Source: a virus. Taken from it: a DNA stretch of 64,000 bases. The DNA lies in the IMG/VR virus record IMGVR_UViG_3300030104_002421, positions 1 through 64,000 of that record; one strand, given 5' to 3'. The notes beneath the pieces are model-generated. The model was given only the letters and a program-made list of their open reading frames with translations. It had not been told where the DNA came from and did not search any database. Positions 60,206 through 64,000 of the stretch are shown here, piece after piece. The translations under genes and the position numbers were made by a program. Numbering within the stretch: position 1 is the first letter of the stretch; every line of letters starts with the position of its first letter.

Positions 60206-62536
60206 ATGAAACAAATTAGTAAAGAGCAAAAATCAAATTTAGCAAGATTACTTGCAACAGAAAATCTTAACATTGAACACAGAAAAGTTAAGACTGCTTA
60301 TTTTATTCCTAAAACTAGAACATTATGTCTTCCAATATGGGAGAATATGTCTAACGATTTATATGACCTTTTATGCGGACACGAAGTTGGTCATGCATTA
60401 TACACTCCACAAGATGAAAATGTTTTAAAAGAAAAAATGAAAGATATTCCTCATTCATATTTTAATGTTATTGAAGACATTAGAATTGATATGAATATGA
60501 AGAAGAAATATCCTGGTTTAAGAAAATCTTATTTTAATGGTTACAAAGAATTAGTTGAAAGAAAATTTTTTGGTAATATAAAAGAAGACGCCAACAAAAT
60601 GAGATTTATTGATAGACTTAATATCTATACTAAATCTGGTAATTTAGAAAATCTTATTGAGTTTAATGATATAGAAAAAGATTTTTTTGAACAATCACAA
60701 AAACTAGTTACCTTTGATGATGTTATAGACCTTGCTAAAAAAATATTTGCTTATAGTAAAGAAGAAAATTATGATCCAGAACAAGACCCTTTAGGTTTAC
60801 AAAATCAAAACGGTCAATTAGAAGAAGGTGAAGACCCAGAAGCAGAACAAACTGAATCCTCAGATAGAGAAGGTGACGAAGAAGGTGACCAACAAACAGA
60901 AGGTGGTAATGGTGAAGAAGAAAACAAACAAGATAATGATGAAGGCGATACTGCCTCATCTAACAATGATAAACCTGAAAGCAACGAAGAAACAAAAGAA
61001 ACAAAAGAAGCAAGTACAGGTAACGAAGCAGGACACAACCCAGAATTAAATGCTGGTGTTACTAAAAATACAAACGAAGCAAAAACTGATGTAGCATTTG
61101 AAGAAAATAAAGGTGCTCTTTCAAAAACTGATGAAAAAACTAGAGACAATTTTTATGTTACTTTACCAGATACAAAGTCTGGTGTTGTAATTGATTATAA
61201 AGTTGTAACTGCTAAGTTTAGAGAATATCTTAATAAAAATTATACTAAAGATAGTTATACTTATAAATTAGAAGACATTACAAAAAGAAATCAAAGATTT
61301 GCTGAGTTTAAAAGAAAACAAATGAAAACTGTACATTATATGGCAAAAGAATTTGAAATGAAAAAAGCGGCAGATAACTATAACAAAACACAAACAGCGT
61401 TATCTGGTTCTTTAAATATGAACAAATTACATTCTTACAAATATAATGATGATATCTTTAAAAAATTACAAATAGAACCAGGTGCTAAAAATCATGGCAT
61501 GATGATGTTTATTGATTGGTCTGGTAGTATGGGTGATAATTTAGAAGATACTATTAATCAAACATTGAATTTAGTTATGTTTTGTAAAGCAGTTCAAATC
61601 CCTTTTGAAGTTTATGCTTTTTCAGATATTAATTCAGTATATTTTCAACCTAATAAAGAAACAGACGATTACTGGAGAAGTGATAGAAAATCAATTGATG
61701 TTGCTCCTTTTAATCACAAACCTGGTCATTTATTTGTAGAAAATGTTACCTTGATAAACTTTTTATCTAGTAGAATGAAACCAAGAGAATATAACGAAGG
61801 TATGCAAAACCTTTTTGGTATTGGTGAGAGTTATCAAAAATACTCATTGAGTTATAGAAATAGATACCGTTTTGAACCGGATGAAAATCAAATTAATCCA
61901 GTACAATCTCCACAATGTATGAGACTTGGTGGTACGCCACTTGATCCTTGTATCATTGCTGCTACGACTATTGTTAAAGACTTTATTTCTAAAAACAGAA
62001 TACAGAAAATGAATACAATCTTTTTAACTGATGGTTGTGGTCATACATTAACTGGTGTAGTTATGGATGACAATACAGTATCTAGTGATCCATCTTATAA
62101 ATCAAATCTAGTAATTAAAGATAATGAAACAAAAACAAATATTAAATATGATGGTTATGGATTTAATCAATCACATAAACCTATGTTAGATTTATTTAAG
62201 AAAAAAACTGGTAGTAAAGTAATTGGTTTTTATATTTCTGCTAGAAACAATGTATCTTATTATGATATTAATACTTTTCTACCTGTAACAGCAGGGCACG
62301 AAGGTGTTGAAAAGGTAAGAAAACAAATAAGAAAAGACAAAGTTGGTATCATTACTGACAATGGTTATGATGAATTGTTTATCTTACCTAAAAAGAATTT
62401 GAAAATCGTTGATGAAGAAGCGAATATAGAACCTTCTATGACACCAGCGAAAATGAAGCAACAGTTTCTTAAAACTCTAAAAACAAAGAAAACTAGTAGG
62501 GTTTTATTGAATAAATTTGTAGAAAGAGTAGCATAA
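60206..62536 (+). CDS. CobT-like metallopeptidase-vWA protein
   Basis: HEVGH, NVIEDIRI, acidic linker, DWSGSM MIDAS, GGTPL, LTDG. Confidence 0.85.
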   Translation: MKQISKEQKSNLARLLATENLNIEHRKVKTAYFIPKTRTLCLPIWENMSNDLYDLLCGHEVGHALYTPQDENVLKEKMKDIPHSYFNVIEDIRIDMNMKKKYPGLRKSYFNGYKELVERKFFGNIKEDANKMRFIDRLNIYTKSGNLENLIEFNDIEKDFFEQSQKLVTFDDVIDLAKKIFAYSKEENYDPEQDPLGLQNQNGQLEEGEDPEAEQTESSDREGDEEGDQQTEGGNGEEENKQDNDEGDTASSNNDKPESNEETKETKEASTGNEAGHNPELNAGVTKNTNEAKTDVAFEENKGALSKTDEKTRDNFYVTLPDTKSGVVIDYKVVTAKFREYLNKNYTKDSYTYKLEDITKRNQRFAEFKRKQMKTVHYMAKEFEMKKAADNYNKTQTALSGSLNMNKLHSYKYNDDIFKKLQIEPGAKNHGMMMFIDWSGSMGDNLEDTINQTLNLVMFCKAVQIPFEVYAFSDINSVYFQPNKETDDYWRSDRKSIDVAPFNHKPGHLFVENVTLINFLSSRMKPREYNEGMQNLFGIGESYQKYSLSYRNRYRFEPDENQINPVQSPQCMRLGGTPLDPCIIAATTIVKDFISKNRIQKMNTIFLTDGCGHTLTGVVMDDNTVSSDPSYKSNLVIKDNETKTNIKYDGYGFNQSHKPMLDLFKKKTGSKVIGFYISARNNVSYYDINTFLPVTAGHEGVEKVRKQIRKDKVGIITDNGYDELFILPKKNLKIVDEEANIEPSMTPAKMKQQFLKTLKTKKTSRVLLNKFVERVA

Positions 62537-62544
62537 TGAACAGC

Positions 62545-62643
62545 TGCGACAAATTGTCAAGTAAAATAATTGCTAAACCATTGAAATATAAAGGTTTTAA
62601 TTGTACGAATATGCTTGACTTTTCTGCAAAACTATGATAGGAT
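62545..62643 (+). promoter_or_regulatory. Early promoter of cobS with IHF-like box and different upstream palindrome
   Basis: GACAAATTGTC; TGCTAAACCATTGAAA 62571-62586; TTGACT-17-TAGGAT. Confidence 0.7.
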
Positions 62644-62672
62644 ATAGAGATAATTAAAAAAAGGACTACATT

Positions 62673-63866
62673 ATGAAACTAAATGATAAACAAAAAACAT
62701 TTGTTGAGACTGCTTTCAAGGAGTTTGGTACAGATACCATTACTAGAAAACAAGTCCAAGAAATTGAGACTAAATTTAACTTAACTGGTAACAGTTGGTT
62801 AGTAAATTCAGGAGACTACAAAGTGGGTCGTGGCGTATATAAATTACCTGTTAACGGTATGGTTAACCCCTCTAAAAATGTTAAACAGAATTTAAAACCT
62901 AAACCAGTTATTGAACAACCACAAGAAAAGGTTACTCTACAATCTACTGAAAGTACCGCTGATAACTTGGTACCTTCTAAAGAGGCGACCTTTGTATCTT
63001 TTGGTAACTACAAAGATATTAAGAATATTGTTAAATCAAAAATCTTTTATCCTACTTTTATTACTGGTTTATCTGGTAACGGTAAAACTTTAAATATAAT
63101 ACAAAGTTGTGCTGAGTTAAAAAGAGAATTAATTAGAGTTAATATAACAGTTGAAACAGACGAAGACGATTTACTTGGTGGTTTCAGACTTGTAAATGGT
63201 GCAACAGTATGGCATGATGGTCCTGTTGTTGACGCTATGAAAAGAGGCGCTGTTCTATTATTAGACGAAATTGATTTAGCGTCTAATAAGATTATGTGTT
63301 TACAACCAATACTTGAAGGCAACGGTGTCTTCCTTAAAAAGATTGGTAAATTTATAGAACCACAACCTGGTTTTAATATCATTGCTACTGCCAATACTAA
63401 AGGTAAAGGTAGTGATGACGGAAGATTTATTGGTACTAATATACTCAATGAAGCATTCCTTGAAAGATTTCCTGTTACTTTTGAGCAACAGTATCCTCCA
63501 ATTAAAGTAGAGCAAAAAATACTTGAAAATGTTATGGATGCTTATAACTTAAAAGATAGTAAATTTACAGAAAACCTAGTTAAATGGGCAGATGTAATTA
63601 GAAAAACTTTTTATGATGGCGGTGTTGATGAAATAATCGCTACTAGAAGACTAGTACATATCATTAATGCTTATGCAATCTTTAAGAACAAATTAAAATC
63701 TGTTCAAGTATGTGTAAACAGATTTGATGATGATACTAAAAACAGTTTCCTAGATTTGTATTCTAAAGTGGACTCAGGAGTTGACCTAGAAGACTTATCA
63801 GGAAATATCAATGATGATGAGATAATAATGGAGAAGGAAGTTGATCCAATCAACCAACCAATCTAG
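62673..63866 (+). CDS. cobS: CobS-like MoxR AAA+ ATPase
   Basis: GLSGNGKT; ETDEDDLLGGFRL; LLDEID; ATANTKG; NEAFLERF. Confidence 0.9.
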   Translation: MKLNDKQKTFVETAFKEFGTDTITRKQVQEIETKFNLTGNSWLVNSGDYKVGRGVYKLPVNGMVNPSKNVKQNLKPKPVIEQPQEKVTLQSTESTADNLVPSKEATFVSFGNYKDIKNIVKSKIFYPTFITGLSGNGKTLNIIQSCAELKRELIRVNITVETDEDDLLGGFRLVNGATVWHDGPVVDAMKRGAVLLLDEIDLASNKIMCLQPILEGNGVFLKKIGKFIEPQPGFNIIATANTKGKGSDDGRFIGTNILNEAFLERFPVTFEQQYPPIKVEQKILENVMDAYNLKDSKFTENLVKWADVIRKTFYDGGVDEIIATRRLVHIINAYAIFKNKLKSVQVCVNRFDDDTKNSFLDLYSKVDSGVDLEDLSGNINDDEIIMEKEVDPINQPI

Positions 63867-63897
63867 TATGAAATTCATTCATAATGTAGACCTCGTA

Positions 63898-63930
63898 GGT
63901 GGCGGATTTCATAAACCCGCCACCGTTTGT
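63898..63930 (+). terminator. GC-rich hairpin after cobS (terminator or processing signal)
   Basis: GGTGGCGG...CCGCCACC followed by GTTTGTT. Confidence 0.55.
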
Positions 63931-63940
63931 TCTACTTTGA

Positions 63941-64000
63941 GCGGGTTAAGTATAAAAGTAATACGCTTTGCTACCAGTAAAGAGAACTTTGGGCAGTACA
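63941..64000 (+). tRNA. Non-canonical tRNA-Gly(ACC)-like gene, 3' end cut by window
   Basis: GCGGGTT acceptor 5' strand; D stem GTAT/ATAC; anticodon stem CTTTG/TAAAG with loop CT-ACC-AG; T stem CTTTG, 7-nt loop, then CA. Confidence 0.7.

Noticed and set aside
60206-63866. Cobalamin-synthesis role for the CobS/CobT-like genes
   Set aside because: The MoxR AAA/vWA pair is common in marine T4-like phages and no CobN or other B12 genes are present here

Overview
64 kb of an AT-rich T4-like myovirus genome. The gene set (porin, VrlC-like protein, CobS/CobT-like pair, many 2OG-Fe(II) oxygenases, halogenase) and alphaproteobacterial-type LexA boxes suggest a marine phage of an alphaproteobacterium, probably SAR11/Pelagibacter (inference). 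Order: ParB-like gene, porin operon, minus-strand early island, PAAR and baseplate genes (gp25, gp6, gp7, gp9/10-like, gp8, VrlC-like), four modular tail-fibre genes and a Gly-rich adhesin, a minus-strand six-oxygenase operon, gp13-gp23, gp3, uvsY, uvsW, gp55, halogenase, gp47/gp46, a MazG-like/beta-glucosyltransferase-like/DUF4338 cluster, CobT-like and cobS genes, and a truncated non-canonical tRNA-Gly(ACC). Main leads: (1) a candidate DNA-hypermodification system, possibly fed by the odd tRNA-Gly and leaving a footprint in GATC/GATGC avoidance; (2) composite early promoters with LexA-like and IHF-like boxes; (3) an antisense promoter for a putative anti-Shine-Dalgarno sRNA, alongside many leaderless phage genes; (4) a shared-module fibre kit; (5) unannotated peptides, including a metallothionein-like one coupled to PAAR. 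All calls come from reading motifs by eye; no searches were run.
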